Source of the DNA: a virus
Reading direction: 5' to 3' (one strand)
Virus record (IMG/VR): IMGVR_UViG_3300017987_000006
Location: 1 to 64,000 of that record
DNA length: 64,000 bases
Shown here: one piece after another, positions 34,540 to 42,399 of the stretch
How the letters are laid out: each line of letters begins with the position of its first letter
Position numbering within the stretch: the first letter of the stretch is position 1
Notes under the pieces: generated by a model
What the model was told of the DNA's origin: nothing
Databases searched by the model: none
What the model saw: only the letters and a program-made list of their open reading frames with translations
Translations under genes and position numbers: made by a program

Positions 34540-35364
34540 ATGCCAGGAGTAACTGAAGAGAACATCAAGCACTGGTTAAGGATGGACATACCGAAGGAGC
34601 TGTTGGAGGCGTTGGACGCATCGAGGAAGCTGGGCGGGTCATACATAGAGGACCTGCTCAAGAAGGGGATCTATAGGTTGGAGGAGATGTACGGCGACCA
34701 GGCGGAGCTCAACCTGGACTCGGTGATCGCAGAGGCGATCCAGAGCTTCACGGAGAAGCAGAGGAAGACCTCCGAGAACAGGTCCTCCCTGGACGACGCG
34801 AAGCGGACGACGGAGACGGTGGACAAGCAGGAGGTCGAGGTCGTCGTGAAACACGAGGTGGACGGGGAATCCTTCGAGCGGCGGTACTTGCTTGATCAGG
34901 CTTCCATCAATCAAAACAGGCAGTACAGCAAGGAGTACGACGAAAATGGCAGATGTGCGGACATCGTGCCGGTCGGAAAGCCATACCTCGTGGTGACTGG
35001 TGTAGTGGTCGGGGGGAGTAACTCCCCGGCTAAAGATCTGCAAGTGTGCGCGGACAAGATCAAAGATCTGCAAGTGTACGCGGACAAGATCGCAGACCGG
35101 CTAAGTCTGGAGGTCACGTGGTGCGGAAGGACCATGGCAACGCTGGAGATAGACGAGAGGACACTGGTAGCGGGAGACAAGCCAGTCGACGAGCTCGTCG
35201 CCGGCTTTTGCGATCGAGCGGCGCGGGAGATCAACATACCGAACGTGTCGGCGAAGGACATCCACAGGGAACTCTCGCTCGCTGTCGGATCGCGCTACGA
35301 AGAAATCGCTGCCCAGTCACCGGTAAACGAGTCCCCAGCGTCAGAAAGATCAAGCGAAAGCTAG
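34540..35364 (+). CDS. Hypothetical protein
   Basis: GGAGG SD; contains a 10-aa tandem duplication. Confidence 0.65.
   Translation: MPGVTEENIKHWLRMDIPKELLEALDASRKLGGSYIEDLLKKGIYRLEEMYGDQAELNLDSVIAEAIQSFTEKQRKTSENRSSLDDAKRTTETVDKQEVEVVVKHEVDGESFERRYLLDQASINQNRQYSKEYDENGRCADIVPVGKPYLVVTGVVVGGSNSPAKDLQVCADKIKDLQVYADKIADRLSLEVTWCGRTMATLEIDERTLVAGDKPVDELVAGFCDRAAREINIPNVSAKDIHRELSLAVGSRYEEIAAQSPVNESPASERSSES
35032..35091 (+). repeat. 30-bp tandem duplication, 1 mismatch
   Basis: AAAGATCTGCAAGTGT(G/A)CGCGGACAAGATC x2, encoding KDLQVCADKI / KDLQVYADKI. Confidence 0.95.
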
Positions 35365-35384
35365 ACGGGAGGATCAAGGTATGG

Positions 35385-35948
35385 ATGGGGTTCCCACGGG
35401 ACTGGCTTCCGGATGTCGCGCAAGTGATCGCAGAGGTTCTGCACGAGAACGCTCTGCGGCGCGGCATACCGGAGACCGTTCGACGATCGGAAATCGTTCT
35501 GGAGGGAAGGAATCCGTTGTTGATGTCCTCGACACACACGACCACCATGAAAGATGGGGCAAAGATCCCTACGTGGCGGGGCAAGAAGTTCGAGGGCAGG
35601 GAGTCGCTGAAACAAGCGATCTCGGACCTGATGGATGGCGTAGATGAAGATGACGGTAGAGGTGCTTTTGGGAATCCAGCTGGAAGATTCCGGTACGATG
35701 CTTTCGCCAAAGAATTTGCGGCCATCGGGGCGGGTGTACGCAACGAAGATGGCGTTCAAGGCGTTGTGCAAGATTCTGCACGAGAAATACGGGATTGGAC
35801 TGGACGTGGTGAGTCAGTCGGCCGAGGCCGCATCATCGATGTGCAGTATGATCGCCAACGGGGACATGGACTGGGAAGAGAACAACCTGATTCGAAAGAA
35901 GCGCGAGATGCTTCGCAGGAGGACAAGGAAAAATGCAAGCCTGGATAG
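35385..35948 (+). CDS. Hypothetical protein (start and 3' extent uncertain)
   Basis: MGFPRDWLPDVAQVIAEVL... reads as protein up to about 35650, then overlaps next gene. Confidence 0.4.
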   Translation: MGFPRDWLPDVAQVIAEVLHENALRRGIPETVRRSEIVLEGRNPLLMSSTHTTTMKDGAKIPTWRGKKFEGRESLKQAISDLMDGVDEDDGRGAFGNPAGRFRYDAFAKEFAAIGAGVRNEDGVQGVVQDSAREIRDWTGRGESVGRGRIIDVQYDRQRGHGLGREQPDSKEARDASQEDKEKCKPG

Positions 35949-35967
35949 AGATGATCAAACAAAATAA
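35644..35967 (+). CDS. Hypothetical protein
   Basis: Protein-like composition; basic C-terminus. Confidence 0.5.
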   Translation: MKMTVEVLLGIQLEDSGTMLSPKNLRPSGRVYATKMAFKALCKILHEKYGIGLDVVSQSAEAASSMCSMIANGDMDWEENNLIRKKREMLRRRTRKNASLDRDDQTK

Positions 35968-36598
35968 GGTCACATTCGTCATTGGTGGGCTGATCGTCAT
36001 TCTGGCCATTGGCGGTGTCATCTACGGCATTGCCACGAAGGCCGGGGATGAAGGGTTTCACGCGGCGGCGGACGGGACAGTCCTGAAGTGGGACCGCTCG
36101 GCCCTGCCGCTGACTTGCTTTCACGACACATTCCCCAATGAGGAGCACCAGGCTGCGCTGAAGGAGGCGATCGGGAAGATCTCCAAGGCTGGGATATCGG
36201 CGTTCATGCCGTGCCAGCCTTGGATGGTCTCCGATCCCTTCCCCACAAAGCACGTCAAAAACACGGTCTTGATCAAGGTTGGCGCTCCGCCGGAGCCAGA
36301 ACGAGAAGTGGTGGTCACTTCTCCGTTCGAACCGAAGCACGGGGCGTCCACATTTTTAGCTCATGTCAAGGGAAAAGGGATCTACGGCGCGATCGTTTAT
36401 ATCATGCCAGACCTTGATAAGAAGCTGTACGGTAGGGTCTACCTGCACGAGCTTTTGCACGCCCTGGGCTTGACACACGACCGTGTTCGCGATTCGATTA
36501 TGTATCCGACAGCAGCAGAGAGGGCCACCGACCTGTCCAGTAAGGACACTAAACTACTGCTGAAAACCTACGGAGAGCGGAACGATGAGCCTAGCTGA
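35951..36598 (+). CDS. Membrane-anchored matrixin-like (M10/metzincin) metalloprotease
   Basis: N-terminal TM (FVIGGLIVILAIGGVIYGIA); HELLHALGLTH (HExxHxxGxxH) and Met-turn SIMYP. Confidence 0.88.
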   Translation: MIKQNKVTFVIGGLIVILAIGGVIYGIATKAGDEGFHAAADGTVLKWDRSALPLTCFHDTFPNEEHQAALKEAIGKISKAGISAFMPCQPWMVSDPFPTKHVKNTVLIKVGAPPEPEREVVVTSPFEPKHGASTFLAHVKGKGIYGAIVYIMPDLDKKLYGRVYLHELLHALGLTHDRVRDSIMYPTAAERATDLSSKDTKLLLKTYGERNDEPS

Positions 36599-37058
36599 TC
36601 AAATCTGCAGCACATTCGGCGCATTGAAGGTCAACCCGACGAGTAAACCCGCGGTGATCAAAGCCGTCCAGGGCGATACCAGGCTGCACGTATCTGTGCG
36701 CGTCGATCCAAAGAAGCTGAAGCCGTGGTTGGCCGCGATGGAGTACGTCTTGAAGAACAAGCAGGGGTGGGATGTTCACCTCTGCAAGCAGTACTTCATT
36801 CGAGGCGGCAAGATCATGTACGCCTGGAACTTCATCGCGCAGTGGGCGTCGGAGGACATTTCAGAGCAGGTTCTCACAAACATGCTCGAGGTGCTCAAGT
36901 TCGCCGCGCGCAATATGCCGAAGGTCGTGCACCAGATAACAGAGTATCCGCTGGCTGGGGCTGGAGACGATCGAAACAAGCCCGAGGGGTCCATGAACCC
37001 AAAGGCCAGCGGATACAAGCAGCGTGGGGCACACCCCATCAGGCTGGGAAGGAAGTGA
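36585..37058 (+). CDS. Hypothetical protein
   Basis: GGAG SD; coherent ORF. Confidence 0.65.
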   Translation: MSLADQICSTFGALKVNPTSKPAVIKAVQGDTRLHVSVRVDPKKLKPWLAAMEYVLKNKQGWDVHLCKQYFIRGGKIMYAWNFIAQWASEDISEQVLTNMLEVLKFAARNMPKVVHQITEYPLAGAGDDRNKPEGSMNPKASGYKQRGAHPIRLGRK

Positions 37059-37062
37059 TCTA

Positions 37063-37776
37063 ATGACTGAGTTCGGGCCGGAAACCAGTCTTCAGTATCA
37101 GAAGGACCTCTACGACAGGGAGAAGCGTGGAGAGACCATCGAGCCCCTGAGCGGGGAGGAGCTCGAGCGGGTCCAGAAATCGATTGAGGCAATGTCGAAG
37201 CTCCTCGCTGACGACTCGATTATCGCCAAGTACAAGCTCGAGGTTCAGTTCGGGAAGAATCGGACATCCAAGGGCTTCCCCTTCGCCGGTGTCTTGTCTT
37301 GTTGGGTGTCTGGATCTAAGCTTCACGGCGGTGGGGACGAGAAGATGTACGAGTGCCCCAACAAGCAGTGCAGGGCGTGGATTTTGCCATCAGACTTAGG
37401 ACACAGCGTGGTCAAGGACGAGAAAGGGAACCCCAGTGAGGTTCCTGTGGGGTACTGCGGCGGATGCGGATCGGTCTGGCCGGCAGAGCAGTTGATTGGA
37501 GAGCGATTCCTCAAACTGACGGAGCAGCATTGGGCGCAGGCCATTCTGCAGATCTTCGTGCGCCTGGAGATGAATGCCGACATCTACTTGAAGTACAGCC
37601 CAGAGGACGTGCGCTACAAGGCAATGATGGAGATGGCTCGCAATCGCGGTGGAGAAGAAATCGCCAAGGCTCGACGCCTAAGAGGGCTGAATATCTACCC
37701 ACTCCGCAACATCATCAAAGACACGAAGCACGGAGCTCCGTTGTATGGTAGGATCAGAGCCTTCATCAACGCATGA
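37063..37776 (+). CDS. Zinc-finger hypothetical protein
   Basis: YECPNKQC...YCGGCG. Confidence 0.7.
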   Translation: MTEFGPETSLQYQKDLYDREKRGETIEPLSGEELERVQKSIEAMSKLLADDSIIAKYKLEVQFGKNRTSKGFPFAGVLSCWVSGSKLHGGGDEKMYECPNKQCRAWILPSDLGHSVVKDEKGNPSEVPVGYCGGCGSVWPAEQLIGERFLKLTEQHWAQAILQIFVRLEMNADIYLKYSPEDVRYKAMMEMARNRGGEEIAKARRLRGLNIYPLRNIIKDTKHGAPLYGRIRAFINA

Positions 37777-38144
37777 CCGAACCAAAGACCATAGGAGATC
37801 TCCTGGAGTTGTTCGCTCTCACAGAGCAGGAGAACTCCGTGTGGGGTGAGGTGGAGAGATTCCTTGACACATTTATCTCCACCGATACTTACCAGCCGTC
37901 CAAGGGTATAGCCACCGTTGTTGGAGACGGAGTCGTACCTGAGGACACAATCGTCCTCGTACGCGATAAGGTCCAAGATATCAGGACCGTGTTGAGCAGA
38001 GAGATCGAGCGGACCAAAAAGAAACCCATCAGTGCCTCGCCCAAAAAGAAGGCGACGGGCCGGAAAGCACCGAAGCGGAGCAAGCTAAATGTCAAAAAGA
38101 AAAAGCAAACCAAAAAGAAACGCAAAACCTCTGACCGCGCGTAA
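37773..38144 (+). CDS. Hypothetical protein with Lys-rich histone-like tail
   Basis: ATGA overlap; KKKPISASPKKKATGRKAPKR. Confidence 0.6.
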   Translation: MTEPKTIGDLLELFALTEQENSVWGEVERFLDTFISTDTYQPSKGIATVVGDGVVPEDTIVLVRDKVQDIRTVLSREIERTKKKPISASPKKKATGRKAPKRSKLNVKKKKQTKKKRKTSDRA

Positions 38145-39171
38145 GAAGGTTCTGCAGAGTAATGTACACCTCCAGCAGACCATCTCGGAAATGGTGAGGG
38201 ATTTCGACGCCCGGCGGAATGAGACCGAGAAGCGCATTTCTGAAAGCAACCAGCAGCTCTGGCGCAACCAGCAGGAGCAGAACGAGGGCCTGCGCATCGC
38301 TGAGAAACACGCAATGATCCAGCGACGTGTCTTCAATGATGCATTGGCTGGGTGCACGCGCGTCACGAGCATCGAGCGGAAGATCCAGGAGGGATCGGAC
38401 GAGGTGGAAGAGGTCCAGGTCATCGACTGGGACTGGTACGCCGAGCAGTTGATCAACAGCGCCGATTATAACGACTTCATCGTTGGCGTCCTGGTTCCGG
38501 AGGAGACCGTGAAGCAGAAGACCGAGCAGCGGTCTCAGCGCGCTCGTGCGCAGGTCCTGCACTACTGTGTCTCCAAGGCCCTGGCCAAGGATGAGGCAAA
38601 GCTCAGAGAGGCGCTGGAGGGGGATGGCCTGGAAGGTCTGCTCAAGGACTTCATGCCCAACGGCGTGGATTGGACGGACGAGATGAGTCTCGAGATGGAG
38701 GACATTGCCAAGGCCGGTCTGATGCTTTGGGAGCAGAAGAAGCAGGAAGCCATCAAACGGGCCAAGAAGGTCAGGATCCACAGCGCCATCGATAAGCTGG
38801 TCAGGGTTATGCCAGACGAGTCCATCAGGAAGACGGCAGATCGCATCGAGGCTGGAGAGCCCATCCTGAAGGATAAGGATGGGAACGAGATCGAGCTGAG
38901 CGATGAAGAGGCCAAGGAGGCCGCCGAATTGATGCGTTCCAAGATCAACGATCCCGAAGCCATCGAGAAGGCCAAGAATGAGCTGATGGAGGAGACGGCC
39001 GCTGTGGCCAAGATAGCCACAGAGGCCCAGGAAGCCATCGCCAAGGGGGACGCTGAGACGGCCGGTAGGAAGATGGCTGAGCTGGAAGAAAAGGTCGAGG
39101 AGGCCGAGGCCAAGGCCCCTGATGACCCAAACAAGCAGTTCCCGGAAGGGGCTTCGATCTTCGGAGGATAA
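38089..39171 (+). CDS. Coiled-coil hypothetical protein
   Basis: 360 aa, E/K/A-rich. Confidence 0.7.
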   Translation: MSKRKSKPKRNAKPLTARKKVLQSNVHLQQTISEMVRDFDARRNETEKRISESNQQLWRNQQEQNEGLRIAEKHAMIQRRVFNDALAGCTRVTSIERKIQEGSDEVEEVQVIDWDWYAEQLINSADYNDFIVGVLVPEETVKQKTEQRSQRARAQVLHYCVSKALAKDEAKLREALEGDGLEGLLKDFMPNGVDWTDEMSLEMEDIAKAGLMLWEQKKQEAIKRAKKVRIHSAIDKLVRVMPDESIRKTADRIEAGEPILKDKDGNEIELSDEEAKEAAELMRSKINDPEAIEKAKNELMEETAAVAKIATEAQEAIAKGDAETAGRKMAELEEKVEEAEAKAPDDPNKQFPEGASIFGG

Positions 39172-39172
39172 C

Positions 39173-39361
39173 ATGCCGCGTATCATCAGGGGGACAGCCG
39201 AGAAGAAGTACAACATCGTCAAGACCCAACATCGTTCAAACATCAACAAGATGCGTTGCCAGGGCTGCAGGTTGGGTTACGCAGAGCGTGTTCAGACGGC
39301 CGGCGGGTGGGTCTATCGTTGCAACCGGTGCGGCCGGGAGTACACTGTAGACAAGCTGTAG
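39173..39361 (+). CDS. Zinc-ribbon protein
   Basis: GGAGG SD; CQGC...CNRC; last gene of + strand run. Confidence 0.7.
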   Translation: MPRIIRGTAEKKYNIVKTQHRSNINKMRCQGCRLGYAERVQTAGGWVYRCNRCGREYTVDKL

Positions 39362-39470
39362 AACTAAAGAGAGGTCGGTCGTCCTCTCTAAACCCGAGGG
39401 GTTTGGCTGATTGCGGTCTGGTCTTTACGTCACAGAGCACTCAAGTACCCACCTGATTAATCATTTTGTA

Positions 39471-39500
39471 GCTAAGAAAAGACAGCCCGGCCGGGCTGCC
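39471..39500 (-). terminator. Intrinsic terminator closing the pentamer array on the - strand
   Basis: - strand reads GGCAGCCC-GGCC-GGGCTGTC-TTTTCTT (8-bp stem with one G-U, then U-tract); no U-tract follows on +. Confidence 0.75.
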
Positions 39501-39502
39501 TC

Positions 39503-40589
39503 AGGATGGCATGGATTGAGAAGGAGTGTCAGAGCGATCGGGTCTGGATCAGATCGTCGAACTGGTGGGGACCGGACCGCGTTGGGTTGTCGCCACGATC
39601 AGGTCTGGCAGGATATGGACTGTCGAGTTGGTTAGATAAGGGCTGTCGCGCCGTGACGGACTGCGCCGTGCGGAGGGGGGACGTCGACTAGGCGCGAGCG
39701 GGAGTGGTCAGGCATGGTTCGTCTGATCGCGGGGGACCGGGCAGGAGAAGGCTTGTCAGATCGAGAGGGATTGGCCTGTTCCAGCTCGTCGCGAAGGCTT
39801 GGCTTATCAGTTAGGCCCGGCCAGGTCTGTCAGCTGCGTGGTGCGTGAGGGCCGGATCGGGCATGTCGAATCGGATGACGACGAGGTGCGGGTGGGCCAG
39901 TCAGCTTGGGTGGGGTTGAGGAGCGACGGCATGGGATGTCGGCCGGGGCGGGCGTGAACTGGAGCGGGTTGTCGGCTTTGCCAGCACCGGCTCGCAACGG
40001 CTCGTAATGAATCGGACCGTCGAAGTGGATGGGCTAGGAGGGGAGAGGGGAGGCTTGTCAGCACGGGGTGAGGTGGATAGGTCAGGAATGTCGAGCAGTC
40101 TCGGCTGGTTTAGGGTTGGCTTGTCAGGCAGGAGCGGTCCGGTGTAGATCGGATTGTCCAGTCGGTTGGAACAGGCAAGGCATGTCGAGCAGGGAAGGCG
40201 CGGCTGATCTTGGCCCGTCGATTAGGATGGGTAGGGATTGGCTTGTCGGAATGGATCGAATGGGCTTGTCTATGCGGACGGGGACCGAGCGGACCAGGAG
40301 AGGTGAGTCGATCTGAAGTGGATGGGCGCGAACCGGAAGGGTCTGTCGAAAGGTTTGGGATGGGCGGGGACAAGACAGGTGCGTCAGAATGAGGGGGCTC
40401 GAGTGAGAGCGAGTGGGTGAGTCGACCCGGCTTGGTACGCGGTGGTCCGGCATGTCAGCTCGAGAGGAACCGGCTTGGTCTGTCGGACTGGTGTGGTGTG
40501 TATGGGACTGTCTCGTCGGGATCGGGTTGGTTTGATTTGGCGAGGTGTGTCAGGAGGGTCTAAGGTGGGTGGGACCGTGTTGGCTTGTA
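39503..40589. ncRNA. Non-CRISPR array of about 33 unique units built from G(G/A)NNN pentamers closed by GTC (candidate guide-RNA array)
   Basis: Hand parse: 27 of 32 delimited units are exactly 5n+3 nt; 141 of 159 pentamers in those units start with G, 93 with GG; no credible ORF; begins about 20 bp past the stop of a Cas7-like gene. Confidence 0.8.
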
Positions 40590-40611
40590 CGGGATAGTCT
40601 CAGTGTCTTGT

Positions 40612-41433
40612 CTAGGCCGCCTTGCCCTTTTTGGGAACCTTCGTCTTGGGAGCCTTCGTCTTGGGCTTGGGCAGCGAGCCCTTCTGGAGCTCCTCGACGG
40701 TGAGGAACTTGACGCGGCCGAAGCCCTGGGACCTCGAGCAGCCGAAGCCGTTATCTTGCGCCAGCTGCATGCAGTAGGTCAAGAACTCCTCGCTCATCCG
40801 CTTATCCTTCGGATCGGCAAACCATATCTCGAACTCGATGTAGGTACCGGGTTCCACGTAGTCGTGAAACTTGATCGTACTGCGCGGCCCCTGGGGGCCG
40901 ATGACGTGCGCCACCGTCTCTTCATGCCCGTCCGGCTCCACCAGCCGCTTCCTGTCCGCTTCCTTGTGTCCCTTGTCGTATAGGTAGACGCGGTCTGGGT
41001 GCTCGCAGCCCCGGATGAAGAATGAGTGCTGTAAGATCTGACGAACGCCGCGGTGTACGTTGGTCAGCCCCAGCACCGTTGCGGTCTCCTTGAAGCCGGC
41101 CTTGAGTTGCCGCGTCTCCAGAAAGATGCCATGTCCTTCCGGTTCGATCTTGTCCGGCTCCGCCTTGAACCCCGTCCAGGACTTGAGCTTCGCCTTCTCG
41201 CTCTCCTCTATGTCGTCATCGGACGACATCTCCTGGACGCGGGCTCTGGCCGCCTCCACGGTCTCGTCCTTGACCAGGCCCTTGCGGTGTCGTGCCTCGA
41301 GCATGGCCAGCTCGGATTCCGGATGTTTTGGCCAGCCGCCGAGCAGCCGGTTGGCCGTGACCATTGTCACCTTGTACTTCGTGTAGATGTTGACGTCGTG
41401 TTCGCGAACTAGTTCCTCAAAAGTCCTCTCCAT
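40612..41433 (-). CDS. Solitary Cas7-group RAMP-like protein
   Basis: KVTMVTANRLLGG (beta1 + G loop), IFLETRQLKAGFKE (cf. IPGSSLKGALR), DYVEPGTYIEFEI, Gly-rich loop GFGCSRSQGFGRV; AAGGAG SD. Confidence 0.8.
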   Translation of the reverse strand: MERTFEELVREHDVNIYTKYKVTMVTANRLLGGWPKHPESELAMLEARHRKGLVKDETVEAARARVQEMSSDDDIEESEKAKLKSWTGFKAEPDKIEPEGHGIFLETRQLKAGFKETATVLGLTNVHRGVRQILQHSFFIRGCEHPDRVYLYDKGHKEADRKRLVEPDGHEETVAHVIGPQGPRSTIKFHDYVEPGTYIEFEIWFADPKDKRMSEEFLTYCMQLAQDNGFGCSRSQGFGRVKFLTVEELQKGSLPKPKTKAPKTKVPKKGKAA

Positions 41434-41467
41434 TTGAGATCTCCTTGTTATTGAGGTTGTTGTGAAA

Positions 41468-41484
41468 GGGAGCTTAGCGCTCCC
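41468..41484 (-). terminator. Hairpin between upstream gene and Cas7-like gene, weak terminator
   Basis: GGGAGC-GCTAA-GCTCCC followed by only TTTC on - strand. Confidence 0.35.
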
Positions 41485-42154
41485 AAAGAATTGTGAGTTC
41501 GTCGTCCTGTACGTGGATCCATCCGCCAGACGTCTTGTTCTGGTATACTTGCACTACTTGCTGGCACCAGGGCGGCGGCGGGCCGTTCCACATGGACAAG
41601 GCCCCTTCGAGCCTGACAAACTCTCCGGCGTCAGGCTCGAAACATCCCACAGGTAGCGTGACCCGCGGCTTGGGAGTCCTGGGCGTCCCCCAGGTCTTCG
41701 ATTTCGTCTTCGATTCCAGCAGCGCGATGTAGAAGTTCCTCAATGGGATACAAGCCCCTTTCTCGATCAATGTGACCTGTTTCTCTTTCCACTCGTCCTG
41801 CCACAGCTCCTCATCGATCTCGTGCAGCGTCCCATCCCGTCCGGCTTCTACGATCTTCCCCTCGTGTAGGAAAGCGTAGAGGTTTCCTCCTTTGCACCAA
41901 CCGAGGGCGGGGATCAAATCGCGCGGAACCATCTGTCCGATGTCGTCCCACTCCACCAGGTGCATGTAGAACGTTCTGTCCTCTGCACCACTCGCCCAGA
42001 CCTTGCGCCCATTGACGCTGATCTTCACATGACAGAAGTGTCCCAGCTGCTTGACGCGTCCTGAGCGCTTGATGATGCCGATCATGGGCAAATCCGGTTT
42101 GGGGCCTTCAACCCCAAACCAGATCTGCTTGACGTACCAACTGTACTCACTCAC
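41474..42154 (-). CDS. Hypothetical protein (Trp-rich)
   Basis: GTGA overlap; 226 aa coherent ORF. Confidence 0.65.
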   Translation of the reverse strand: MSEYSWYVKQIWFGVEGPKPDLPMIGIIKRSGRVKQLGHFCHVKISVNGRKVWASGAEDRTFYMHLVEWDDIGQMVPRDLIPALGWCKGGNLYAFLHEGKIVEAGRDGTLHEIDEELWQDEWKEKQVTLIEKGACIPLRNFYIALLESKTKSKTWGTPRTPKPRVTLPVGCFEPDAGEFVRLEGALSMWNGPPPPWCQQVVQVYQNKTSGGWIHVQDDELTILWER

Positions 42155-42399
42155 GATTTTGCTCCGGGCAACCTGAGCGCCTCCAGGCGTTCACATTCAT
42201 CAAGCGTGCTGGCCAGTCCGTGTTCGTTGAAAAAGTCTTGCGCTCTCTCTTGGGCCGACCAAGAAATGGAACAGTGTGTTGACTCCGCGGCGTGGATCGC
42301 ACGCGCAAGCCGCAACGCCGCACGGTCTTCCACACCAGGGTAATGTCCGGCCGGATGCAGCTTCCTGAGATCTGCTTTTCTGAACGGCTTATCACCCAT
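42151..42399 (-). CDS. Hypothetical protein
   Basis: GGAG SD before ATG 42399. Confidence 0.5.
   Translation of the reverse strand: MGDKPFRKADLRKLHPAGHYPGVEDRAALRLARAIHAAESTHCSISWSAQERAQDFFNEHGLASTLDECERLEALRLPGAKS

Noticed and set aside
39807-40453. ORFs called over the array (39807-40064, 40068-40316, 40110-40373, 40124-40453, 40210-40392)
   Set aside because: They overlap on both strands, lack SDs, have skewed G/R or P/S/T composition, and the periodicity is 5 nt rather than 3.
39503-40589. Canonical CRISPR array
   Set aside because: No identical or near-identical 23-50 bp direct repeat; only a 3-nt closer and a 2-nt-per-pentamer scaffold are conserved.
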